Below are positions 53,405 to 61,751 of a stretch of 64,000 nt of DNA, in pieces. The first letter of the stretch is position 1. Each line of letters starts with the position of its first letter. Both the position numbers and the translations under genes were made by a program. The notes beneath the pieces are model-generated. The model saw nothing but the letters and a program-made list of their open reading frames with translations, searched no databases and had not been told where the DNA came from. The stretch is from the IMG/VR virus record IMGVR_UViG_3300046170_000301; one strand, 5' to 3'. The stretch is from a virus.

Positions 53405-55204
53405 TTACTCTGGATATGCGGTAATTTTACTGTTTTGTAGATCAGCATCTAGATAAACTTCTCTAGAGGCAATGATGTCATTGTTTCTTGGTTTTACTCT
53501 TAACTCAATTCTATTATCAAAATAACTACCTTTAATGATAGTTAAATTACTCATCATTACTTCACCTTTTTCGTAATCTATTTTACCAATAGTATCATTT
53601 AAAACCACCTTATTACCAGTTGATGGATCTATTCTATATAGGACGATTCTACCATCTCTATCTTCGACATAACTAGTAAATTTAGGAAACTCGCTAACAA
53701 TAAATCCACTACTTTGTAATACAGGTCCATCACATTCAATATAAAATGGATTTTGGTAACAAACCTCATAATAATAGGTAGAATTGATTACAGGATAAAA
53801 ATCCTTTCTCATCATTACTGTAGTGTTGTTTGATGTAATCGAACGGTCTGCATCATCAATTACACCAACAAATTTACTGTATCTAAACTTACCATTAAAC
53901 TTCTCAGTGTTTGAAGATGTAATATAAGACTCAAGACCAGAAATAACCTTAGACTTAATATCTTCTGCTGTCTGTGTTGTTTCTGCTCTACTAAAGTTTA
54001 TCTTACTGGTCAATTCTACAAACAACAAAGAAGGGTCGATAATATCAGGTATCACAGACCCAACCATATAATTTCTTAATGTTTCCTTAATATTTGCTTT
54101 TGTTACGTTAGAAAGGTATGAAGCATCCGATGGTTTGATGGCAATCTTTACTTTTCCATATTCTGGTGGGTCTGCTTCTTCTCCACCAAAAGTAATGATG
54201 TCAGCGACTGCTGGATAGATATTGCGAACAATTGCAGCATAATCCTTTGCTGTAACTGCACGGTCTTGTGTTCCGAAGTACTTTGGTGCGTTAAACTTAA
54301 TCTTCGATACAGATTCAATATCTTCACCACCAGCAGCAATAGATTTCGTCTCTACACTGGAAATCTCTACTGGATATGATGAAATACCATTAGCATCTTC
54401 TAAAACACCACTGAATGTAAAAGTTCTAGCACCATTTGTATCAGGACCATTAGTAATAAGATAACTAATCTCTACAAACTCACCATTCTCTAATTTTCTA
54501 CCAATTACGCCATCACCAAAAAATAATTCATACTTCTCATCTTCAATTTCCTCCAAGAAAAATACTTTATCTGTTGGAGTGACATTTAGTATATTATCTG
54601 CACGGTCATAAGTCTGATATGAAGATGAATTAGCAGATTGATAAACCTTTACTGAAATAGTAGTAGAATCAATTGATGGGTTATCTAATACAAAACGTTG
54701 AGACTTTAATGCTGTATTTACAGTATAAGAATTTGTTAAAAATGACCCTTCACGAATCTCAACATCATTAAATACTGCCTCACCATTTGTTACTGGAACC
54801 TTATAATCTTCAGTAACAACATAACTATACAAATCATTATCAAATGTAGTTACAAAACCACTTCCTTTTCTTAGACTAATACTATCAGGATATGACCCAG
54901 GGAAATTGACAGAAAAGTCTACAGTAGCACTTGGAGCAGTTCTTGACTTCGGTGTATAACCTAACTGCTTTGCTAAAGCAACTACATTGTCCCTTAACGT
55001 GGCAGAATCCAAAAACAGCTCATTTACCACCATATTGGTGTTAAAAGCTGTATAATACGTATTATATGCCAATACATCAAGCAAAGTGCTCCATGTAGAA
55101 CCCTCAAAGTCGAAATCTGTAAAATCAGTCTGTGACCTTAAGTATTCCTTTAGAGCAGTCTTAATCTGCTGATAATCAAGATTTGATACTTGAGTGTAAG
55201 GCAT
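53405..55204 (-). CDS. gp6: Baseplate wedge subunit
   Basis: FTDFDFEGS...LAYNTYY...LGYTPKS...QDRAVTAKDY. Confidence 0.96.
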   Translation of the reverse strand: MPYTQVSNLDYQQIKTALKEYLRSQTDFTDFDFEGSTWSTLLDVLAYNTYYTAFNTNMVVNELFLDSATLRDNVVALAKQLGYTPKSRTAPSATVDFSVNFPGSYPDSISLRKGSGFVTTFDNDLYSYVVTEDYKVPVTNGEAVFNDVEIREGSFLTNSYTVNTALKSQRFVLDNPSIDSTTISVKVYQSANSSSYQTYDRADNILNVTPTDKVFFLEEIEDEKYELFFGDGVIGRKLENGEFVEISYLITNGPDTNGARTFTFSGVLEDANGISSYPVEISSVETKSIAAGGEDIESVSKIKFNAPKYFGTQDRAVTAKDYAAIVRNIYPAVADIITFGGEEADPPEYGKVKIAIKPSDASYLSNVTKANIKETLRNYMVGSVIPDIIDPSLLFVELTSKINFSRAETTQTAEDIKSKVISGLESYITSSNTEKFNGKFRYSKFVGVIDDADRSITSNNTTVMMRKDFYPVINSTYYYEVCYQNPFYIECDGPVLQSSGFIVSEFPKFTSYVEDRDGRIVLYRIDPSTGNKVVLNDTIGKIDYEKGEVMMSNLTIIKGSYFDNRIELRVKPRNNDIIASREVYLDADLQNSKITAYPE

Positions 55205-55597
55205 TTATCGGGTTCTCTCTAAAAAGAAGTTAATGTTTGTTGGAATATCTTCACGACCAATAACTTCAAAAATTAATTCAACTTCAAATCCATTATTAAT
55301 TTCATCTGGTTCAGCTCTAATATCCAAAATATTGATTCTGGGTTCATATTGAGTCAGAGTATTCCTTATCTTCGTCTGAATCAAAGCAGCAACACCATAA
55401 TCTAAAGGCTCAAATAATAATTCAGAAATAGATGCCCCAATCTCAGGCTCAAAAAATCTCTCACCTTCATTTGTTAACAAAAGATTAACAATTGATTGCT
55501 TGATAGCACTCTCATCCTTTACTGAAATTAAATCTCCAGTAACAGGATGGGGTTTAAAGGTGACACTAAGATCTTTAAATGTCTGAAATTGAGGCAC
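55205..55597 (-). CDS. gp25: Baseplate wedge subunit (GTG start)
   Basis: FKDLS...HPVTGD...NLLLTNEGER...YEPRI. Confidence 0.95.
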   Translation of the reverse strand: MPQFQTFKDLSVTFKPHPVTGDLISVKDESAIKQSIVNLLLTNEGERFFEPEIGASISELLFEPLDYGVAALIQTKIRNTLTQYEPRINILDIRAEPDEINNGFEVELIFEVIGREDIPTNINFFLERTR

Positions 55598-55616
55598 AGT
55601 ATTCTCAAATTTATTC

Positions 55617-55784
55617 TTATTTATCTACGTTATTAAGAATACTATTGAGTTGGTTTGTGACAGAATCTTTCTTGTCCTTCCAATCTTTATAACGTGATAA
55701 CCAATAATCGGCATTCCTTTCAGTAATCAGTGTCATACCTGATTGTATGAAATCATTGCCTTTGTCTACGGGCGAATTTGCCAT
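55617..55784 (-). CDS. Small hypothetical protein (MANSPVDKGNDFIQSGMTLIT...)
   Basis: Start trimmed to ATG 55784 after GGAGG. Confidence 0.7.
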   Translation of the reverse strand: MANSPVDKGNDFIQSGMTLITERNADYWLSRYKDWKDKKDSVTNQLNSILNNVDK

Positions 55785-55785
55785 A

Positions 55786-56286
55786 TTACCTCCAATGGTT
55801 GTTCGGTTGTTCCCACCAAAAATGTAAATCTTGTTTATTATTATCATAATATAATGAAACCATATCACTCTTATATTTACTACCCTTATTTTCACATAAT
55901 GCTAAAGTGTAATAATTACAATTAAATTTTTCCATTATATTCGTAATCCAGGTATAATTACCACCACGTATCACACCTGCTTCACATAATACAAAATTAT
56001 CCCATTCTAATGACCGATCAGCACAATTAATCTCAAAATTAACCTGATATGGGAGACAATCTTCATCTGGAAATGGCACATTGACTGCCTCAATATGAAA
56101 AATCTCCCCATCCATTGATAATGAATGAGAGAGATGTTGAGTTACAATACCAGAATAATCAGGAGAGACACATAAAAAACATGTCTTACTTGGATGTATA
56201 TCCCAATTCGACATCTTAATCTTATATGTCATCTCCTGAATCAGTGCCATTTCTTTATCTTGAGAAATGAATAATAAATCTTTCAT
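55786..56286 (-). CDS. Phosphoribosyltransferase-fold hypothetical protein
   Basis: FVLCEAGVIRGGNY resembles a degenerate PRPP-binding loop; C-terminal FWWE. Confidence 0.6.
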   Translation of the reverse strand: MKDLLFISQDKEMALIQEMTYKIKMSNWDIHPSKTCFLCVSPDYSGIVTQHLSHSLSMDGEIFHIEAVNVPFPDEDCLPYQVNFEINCADRSLEWDNFVLCEAGVIRGGNYTWITNIMEKFNCNYYTLALCENKGSKYKSDMVSLYYDNNKQDLHFWWEQPNNHWR

Positions 56287-56426
56287 TACCTTCCTTGTCC
56301 TCTATACGGCTTTCTTGCATTATTCCTACTGGTAGCAGAATACTTCGTGTGCTTCCCAGAACCTTGTCTTGTACTCTTTGGATGTGACTCAATAGTCTTT
56401 CCACCACTCAATGAACGAATTGCCAT
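56286..56426 (-). CDS. Small basic protein, 46 aa (…KSTRQGLGKHTKYSATSRNNARKPYRGQGR)
   Basis: Hand-translated; AGGAGG RBS; TAATG coupling. Confidence 0.8.
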   Translation of the reverse strand: MAIRSLSGGKTIESHPKSTRQGSGKHTKYSATSRNNARKPYRGQGR

Positions 56427-56458
56427 ATTATCCTCCTTGGCTTTACCACCATATTATA

Positions 56459-56782
56459 TCATAAAAATACGTTCTGTGAACCCCCAGCAATCCTGATATT
56501 ATTCTGAGCATTCAATACATCACCTTGCTTTGCAATCATCTTCTTATTCGCAAATACCTTCCCCCCTGTAACTACAGCTCTCCTACTTGATACACATGGG
56601 TCACCCTTTGGTGTCGTCCCAGGAACGTCTATAAGGATGTCTCCAGCAACAATTACGGGTACTTTGTTCACATATACATTTCTACCTGCCTGAGACGGTC
56701 CTGTGAGGCTTGTAGGAGGTGTATTACATACCCCACTGCCCCCAGTGTCCAATCCTTTATATATCGCTACTCCTCCAGACAT
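56459..56782 (-). CDS. PAAR-like baseplate spike tip protein (gp5.4-like)
   Basis: NVYVNKVP...GD...KVFANKK...GD...GSQNVF. Confidence 0.8.
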   Translation of the reverse strand: MSGGVAIYKGLDTGGSGVCNTPPTSLTGPSQAGRNVYVNKVPVIVAGDILIDVPGTTPKGDPCVSSRRAVVTGGKVFANKKMIAKQGDVLNAQNNIRIAGGSQNVFL

Positions 56783-56940
56783 TTAATCCTTTCCTCTACT
56801 TCATCTAAGTATTCTGTAATATTCATATGCTCATCCCTTCCCAAAGGGCGATACATTAATGTCATACAATCTATCTTTTGCTCTAACTCATTTAACCTAT
56901 TCGTTAAGGAGTTCAGTGCCTCCACTATCCTCTCTTCCAT
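56767..56940 (-). CDS. Small hypothetical protein, 57 aa (MEERIVEALNSLTNRLNELEQK...LMYRP...)
   Basis: Hand-translated; overlaps neighbours. Confidence 0.65.
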   Translation of the reverse strand: MEERIVEALNSLTNRLNELEQKIDCMTLMYRPLGRDEHMNITEYLDEVEERIKCLEE

Positions 56941-57124
56941 TCTCAGTTACCTTCTCATCTCTTACCATATTACCATAAATCGTTTGGACATTCATACTAG
57001 GTTGCCCACCACCATAATAATCCATCGCAGCATCTTGGATTAAATCTGCAAACTCATTGAAGTCGTCAAATATTTGCTCCTTGATAACCCCATCCTTTGT
57101 CTTGTAAGTAACTTTCTGTTTCAT
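56897..57124 (-). CDS. Hypothetical protein, first gene of the late block
   Basis: ORF; CTAAATA late-like element near 57203. Confidence 0.7.
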   Translation of the reverse strand: MKQKVTYKTKDGVIKEQIFDDFNEFADLIQDAAMDYYGGGQPSMNVQTIYGNMVRDEKVTENGREDSGGTELLNE

Positions 57125-57293
57125 TGCTCGACCTTTTGTAGAAATTTTTTTGGCGGGAATTTTTTTGGTTTCTCGGGTTTTTACCTTTGATTTTCCCTGT
57201 ATTATTTAGAGGGCTCTGGGAAACGTTTATAGCTTAGAAAGACGGTACTTTTTTAGAAACGGGGGCGCTTAGCATAATAATACTTAGCGCCAC

Positions 57294-57561
57294 GATTACG
57301 ATTAACTGTTAATTATAATTAACAAAAAATTACGATTAACTGTTAATTATAATTAACAAAGAATTACGATTACTTTGTATTAGTAATAACGAAAGAATTA
57401 CGATTACTATGTAATTATAATTAACGAAAAGATTACGATTACTTTGTATTAGTAATAACGAACGATTATGATTACTTTGTATTAGTAATAACGAACGATT
57501 ACGATTAACTGTTAATTATAATTAACGAACGATTACGATTACTTTGTATTATTAATAACGA
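57294..57561. repeat. Eight ~33-34 bp AT-rich tandem units (ATTACGATTA core; palindromic GTTAATTATAATTAAC variant and TTTGTATTAGTAATAAC variant)
   Basis: Units read directly. Confidence 0.92.
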
Positions 57562-57574
57562 CACACATAAATTA

Positions 57575-57862
57575 CAAAAATAGATTAATAACAAAAATCT
57601 GTGATTGTTGAATAATAGTAATAATCAGAAAAATACAAAAATATACTAATAACGAGAAATCATAGATTTTTAATTATTTGTAATAATCAAAAAATACAAA
57701 AATATACTAATAACGAGAAATCATAGATTTTTAATTATTTGTAATAATCGAGAAAATACAAAAATAGAGTAATAACAAAAATCTGTGATTATTCAATAAT
57801 AGTAATAATCGAGAAAATGCAAAAATAGAGTATTATTGAATAATCACAGATTTTTGTTATTA
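57575..57862. repeat. ~61-bp AT-rich direct repeats ending in a perfect 32-bp inverted repeat (57770-57801 / 57831-57862)
   Basis: Direct reading; arms checked base by base. Confidence 0.88.
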
Positions 57863-57894
57863 TTAATAATTAGCAAAATGCTAATTAAAGAGAA

Positions 57895-57920
57895 ATAAAA
57901 AAGGGGGCGAATTACCCCCT
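57895..57920 (-). terminator. Terminator closing the early block
   Basis: AGGGGGT-AATTC-GCCCCCT plus U-tract. Confidence 0.8.
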
Positions 57921-57942
57921 GTTGAGTGTTAACGAGAAGGGG

Positions 57943-58224
57943 TCAATATCCCCCCTCTTCGATGTACTGTAAATCGTTACACTTTCTGGCCTTCGATATC
58001 ACCGAGCCGAGGGACAATCCCAGCAGGTCGGGGGATTTAATAACCTCAGAAAGGTGGGCGATAAACCTATCAGTAGCGAGGAAAATATAGGCCCTTTCGG
58101 TGTTACTTTGAAATGTAATTTCTACGAAATTCTTGTCAATCTCGATATTGTGAATTGCCTTGGATTGAGCAATCGTGAAAGTCCGATAAATGGGGCGATT
58201 GCTGATAACGAAGGAAACAGACAT
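57943..58224 (-). CDS. Hypothetical protein, KTSC-like
   Basis: SKAIHNIEI...VEITFQSN...Y...SLGSVI pattern. Confidence 0.6.
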   Translation of the reverse strand: MSVSFVISNRPIYRTFTIAQSKAIHNIEIDKNFVEITFQSNTERAYIFLATDRFIAHLSEVIKSPDLLGLSLGSVISKARKCNDLQYIEEGGY

Positions 58225-58289
58225 TTTGAGAAAAGTGAAGAGAATGGGAGGGGGGCTCGGTACCCCCCGTTGCTTGCTATCCTAGCAGA

Positions 58290-58598
58290 TCACAGGCGGG
58301 AGTTGCGATCCTGTGCCCACATCGCCAGGCGCTTGGTGCTGGCCTTGGAGAACACCCGATCGTTCTGGGTCACGTCGCCGTCATCGTGGCGGACGCAGTG
58401 GCGACCTGCAGCCTTGGCACATGCCTGGAGGGCACGACGGCCCTGTCGCTTATTGGGGCTGTCAGCCATGGCCAGGTTGAGAAGCAAGGAGGCCCGAAAG
58501 GCTCCGATCACCCGAGGACGGGCAATGAGCCGGGCAGCGCAGGTCTCAGCATCGCCCATCAGGGCGGAGAAGCGGGAGGAGGGGATCAGCTTGAGCAT
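58290..58598 (-). CDS. Basic early hypothetical protein with SKASTKRLAMW motif
   Basis: Own promoter TTGGCA-16-TAGGAT at 58647-58674; motif shared with 62844..63023. Confidence 0.7.
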   Translation of the reverse strand: MLKLIPSSRFSALMGDAETCAARLIARPRVIGAFRASLLLNLAMADSPNKRQGRRALQACAKAAGRHCVRHDDGDVTQNDRVFSKASTKRLAMWAQDRNSRL

Positions 58599-58696
58599 CT
58601 GTCTGGGGCGAGGGGTGGTGGAGGTGTGTCCCTCTCGCTTGAACATATCCTACACCATCGGGGGCACCTGCCAAGGGGTGAAACATAAAGAGAATC

Positions 58697-58793
58697 TAAA
58701 GAAACTGGCGGGGGCGTGAGAATAATTTTAGACAGGATCAGTGGCGACCTTTTACTTCATCAGGGCTACCCCGCCCCTCCCTCGATTGTCTCT
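58697..58793 (-). ncRNA. Candidate ~95-nt GC-rich early non-coding RNA
   Basis: Promoter TTGGCA-17-TAGACT (58799-58827); only ATG gives M-K-stop; GGCGGGG/CCCCGCC pairing; next gene has its own promoter. Confidence 0.5.
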
Positions 58794-58841
58794 CCCAAAG
58801 TCTACAGCATAGGGAGGCTGTTGCCAACCTCCCTGGCCAGA

Positions 58842-59009
58842 TCAATGGCGATCACTAATCTCAAAGCGACCCCAGACCTGGGGAGCTGGGATCCGACCCT
58901 CACGGATCGCTTGGCGGCGCTGGGCCTCTGCCAGCTCTTGACGACGAATGCTCTCCATGGCTGCCAGGATGGCGGGGTCCTTGAGAGCGGTTTCGTTGGT
59001 GATAAACAC
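58842..59009 (-). CDS. Small early hypothetical protein (GTG start, MFITNETALKDPAILAAM...)
   Basis: AGGAG RBS; promoter TTGCCA-17-TACACT at 59035-59063. Confidence 0.7.
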   Translation of the reverse strand: MFITNETALKDPAILAAMESIRRQELAEAQRRQAIREGRIPAPQVWGRFEISDRH

Positions 59010-59076
59010 GGTTTTCTCCTGTGTTGACTTTCTTAGTGTACAGCATAGGGGGGCTGTTGGCAACCCCCCAGGTGGC

Positions 59077-59265
59077 TCAATCTATCCCCATAGCCTTGCA
59101 CAGGTTTTCATAGGCTTGGCGGTAATAGTCTGCATCAGCATCCTTGCCAGCGATCCGACAATCACAAGCCAGGCACAGGACAGCGGTTCGGATAGTGCTC
59201 CACTGGGCCTCGGTGAGGGTGACGGTGCAGGTATCCAGGGGTAGGACGTTGGTTCGGACAGTCAT
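59077..59265 (-). CDS. Small early hypothetical protein
   Basis: Promoter TTCACA-16-TACACT at 59292-59319. Confidence 0.7.
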   Translation of the reverse strand: MTVRTNVLPLDTCTVTLTEAQWSTIRTAVLCLACDCRIAGKDADADYYRQAYENLCKAMGID

Positions 59266-59333
59266 CGTGTTCTGTAGTTGTGAACGTGCTCAGTGTAACA
59301 TGGATTGAGGGGCTGTGAAGCCCCTCGGGTAGA

Positions 59334-59474
59334 TTATTTGGCTTCGGGCTCTTCAGCCTCGCCAGCCCAGCTGGCCCAGGCTTCCATCATCTCATCAGTC
59401 AACTCGACCATGCCGAAGCACATCAGCTCCTCAACCTGCAGGTCGGTCAGGAACGGGGCGTGGAGGTTGTCCAT
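59334..59474 (-). CDS. Small acidic early protein, 46 aa (MDNLHAPFLTDLQVEELMCFG...)
   Basis: Hand-translated; promoter TTCACA-16-TACACT at 59501-59528. Confidence 0.65.
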   Translation of the reverse strand: MDNLHAPFLTDLQVEELMCFGMVELTDEMMEAWASWAGEAEEPEAK

Positions 59475-59542
59475 TGTGTTCTATAGTTGTGAACGTGTTC
59501 AGTGTAGCATGGATCAGGGGGCTGTGAAGCCCCCCTGACGGA

Positions 59543-59827
59543 TCACTCAGACCAGGATCGAACGGTGAAGGTGCCGTCATCCGTCACCTGGGCGTGAGCC
59601 CCGAAGGTGCCACCAAAGACAGCCGCCAGGATCTCGACACACTGCTCCAGCGTGAAGCCTTCGGGGTTGGTGAAGGTGCCCTCCACGACACAGCAGACGC
59701 CTTGGGCGGTGCAGGTGGTCTCACCGACACCCAGAGCACTATGGGCCGAAGCCAGGTCACGCATGGGCACGATGCCGAACCCAGGGATCTCGGTGGTGCT
59801 GGTGAAGCGGTCAGCAATGATACTCAT
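59543..59827 (-). CDS. Early hypothetical protein
   Basis: GGAG RBS; promoter TTGGCA-17-TACATT at 59854-59882. Confidence 0.7.
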   Translation of the reverse strand: MSIIADRFTSTTEIPGFGIVPMRDLASAHSALGVGETTCTAQGVCCVVEGTFTNPEGFTLEQCVEILAAVFGGTFGAHAQVTDDGTFTVRSWSE

Positions 59828-59901
59828 TGGGGGTCTCCCGTGTTGACTTCCTTAATGTACAGGCTGAGAGGGCTGTTGCCAACCCCCCCAGTGTGCAGTG
59901 C

Positions 59902-60654
59902 TCAGACCGTCACAGCCTGGCTAGTAGTTGCCTTGCGATAACCTCCAAACTTTCCAGCCTGGCGACGCTGGCGGATCGCTTTACCCCAGTCGCTACCCTT
60001 AGGCTGGGTGCCATGCACCAGCAAGGCAAAGGGGCGATCACCGAAACAGTGGCTGTCGTCGTGATCAACCTCCAGCCCCATGGCGTTTGCATCATCATCG
60101 GTCATCACAACCTTACTGTAACGGGGGAACAATCCTTCGTCGATCATGTAATCAAACTTGCCACCATAACTGGCAGTAAGGTAGAAGTTAGAGGGCAACT
60201 CTTGATTGACAAACAGCTCCAAAGATTTGCTGTAGCAGTAGAACTTAAGGTTGGGGTTCAATTGTGCAACTTTAATCCAAGCTTGCAGATAATCAAGGCT
60301 GAAAAAGTCACCCGATTCGTGGATACGAACCAGCTTAGTGTTGCGAGTCTTAAAATGGTTCAATGCAACGCTAATCTGTTCAGCAGCGTTATTAACACCC
60401 ACCTGCAGGTAATCTACAACGGTTTGCAAGTTATTGGCTCGGTTGTAGAAAGCTCCGTCGTATTGCACCTCGCTTGATGCAGCGAAACACCGAAAGATAG
60501 TGTGCTCACCATCTTGAATGCGACGCTTGCCGTTAGCATCAACAACGGCAAAGCTCTTGCAGAACAGAGCCCCAGGGCAGGTCTTACCTGCAGGCAAGTT
60601 AAAGATCAGGGTGCTTGTACCAAGCTTGGCGTTGCCTTTAGAAAATGTGAGCAT
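59902..60654 (-). CDS. Gp88-like protein (Cys cluster plus RIHESGDF motif)
   Basis: FNLPAGKTCPGALFC...CFA...RIHESGDFFS...AW...FYCYSKS; start trimmed to MLTFSKGNAKL. Confidence 0.7.
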   Translation of the reverse strand: MLTFSKGNAKLGTSTLIFNLPAGKTCPGALFCKSFAVVDANGKRRIQDGEHTIFRCFAASSEVQYDGAFYNRANNLQTVVDYLQVGVNNAAEQISVALNHFKTRNTKLVRIHESGDFFSLDYLQAWIKVAQLNPNLKFYCYSKSLELFVNQELPSNFYLTASYGGKFDYMIDEGLFPRYSKVVMTDDDANAMGLEVDHDDSHCFGDRPFALLVHGTQPKGSDWGKAIRQRRQAGKFGGYRKATTSQAVTV

Positions 60655-60744
60655 GGGTCGATTGATTGACGACAAAGGTATATTATTCGAGGGAGGGGCC
60701 ATCACAACCCCTCTTGTGTCACTAATGCCACTGGCACATATTCT

Positions 60745-60936
60745 TTATAACTCCACCTCCCAATCGCCATCCTGGTTAATGTTAACCCAGAAAAAGTTCT
60801 TATTATTAACCGACCTCAAAAATAGTCGGTTGTTAACATGTTGCTCGACAATACACTCGGGGTTTCTATTCATTAAGTTGGCAAACCTGTTCCGAGCTTT
60901 CTTGCTCTTGGGGGTGATGAAAACAGTGTTAAACAT
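60745..60936 (-). CDS. Conserved small cyanophage protein (PKSKKARNRFANLM...D.DW)
   Basis: ORF with recognisable motif. Confidence 0.75.
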   Translation of the reverse strand: MFNTVFITPKSKKARNRFANLMNRNPECIVEQHVNNRLFLRSVNNKNFFWVNINQDGDWEVEL

Positions 60937-61073
60937 GTCAAAAATTGAATCGACACTGATAAGTTACCACCATTAGGGACACAGTGGTAACTTAATGTGC
61001 CCCTAAAACTACTGGCACAAACTAATGAAAACTCATTCTCTTTTAGTATAGGCTGGGGTGTAGTGGTGATAGT

Positions 61074-61751
61074 ATCATCAACTGCTGTTGTAGTTTCTAT
61101 CATCAACTGCTGTTGTAGTTTCTATCATCAACTGCTGTTGTAGTTTCTATCATCAACTGCTGTTGTAGTTTCTATTACCGACTCGACAGGATTGTTGGTG
61201 ATAGCATCATCAACTGCTGTTGTAGTTTCTATTACCAACTGCTGTTGTAGTTTCTATTACCAACTGCTGTTGTAGTTTCTATCATCAACTGCTGTAGAAT
61301 TGTTGGTAATAGCATCACCAACTGCTGTTGTAGTTTCTATCATCAACTGCTGTAGAATTGTTGGTAATAGCATCACCAACTGCTGTTGTAGTTTCTATCA
61401 TCAACTCGATAGGATTGTTGGTAATAGCATCATCAACTGCTGTTGTAGTTTCCATCATCAACTGCTGTAGGATTGTTGGTAATAGCATCATCAACTGCTG
61501 TTGTAGTTTCTATTACCAACTGCTGTTGTAGTTTCTATTACCAACTGCTGTTACAGTTTCCATCATCAACTGCTGTTGTAGTTTCTATTACCAACTGCTG
61601 TTACAGTTTCTATTACCAACTGCTGTTGTAGTTTCTATTACCAACTGCTGTTGTAGTTTCTATTACCAACTGCTGTAGGATTGTTGGTGATAGCATCACC
61701 AACTGCTGTTACAGTTTCCATCACCGACTCGACAGGATTGTTGGTGATAGC
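61074..61751. repeat. Mosaic minisatellite: 18 x 25-bp, 4 x 33-bp and 3 x 32-bp units
   Basis: A=ATCATCAACTGCTGTTGTAGTTTCT, B=ATCATCAACTGCTGTAGAATTGTTGGTAATAGC, C=ATCACCGACTCGACAGGATTGTTGGTGATAGC; parsed by hand. Confidence 0.95.

Noticed and set aside
57294-57561. Mini-CRISPR array
   Set aside because: The constant part is only ~10 bp and the intervening sequences are themselves two repeated variants
58054-58719. 221-aa plus-strand ORF (also 59827..60477 and similar)
   Set aside because: Antisense to promoter-supported minus-strand genes in GC-rich DNA where stop codons are rare
58757-58763. Hammerhead ribozyme (CUGAUGA core on minus strand)
   Set aside because: No stem II followed by GAAA and no suitable stems I/III found
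60873-61106. 77-aa ORF starting in the minisatellite
   Set aside because: Start comes from a repeat unit; runs across promoter/hairpin elements and overlaps a better gene
61074-61751. CRISPR array
   Set aside because: Units are contiguous with no unique spacers, and no cas genes are in the window
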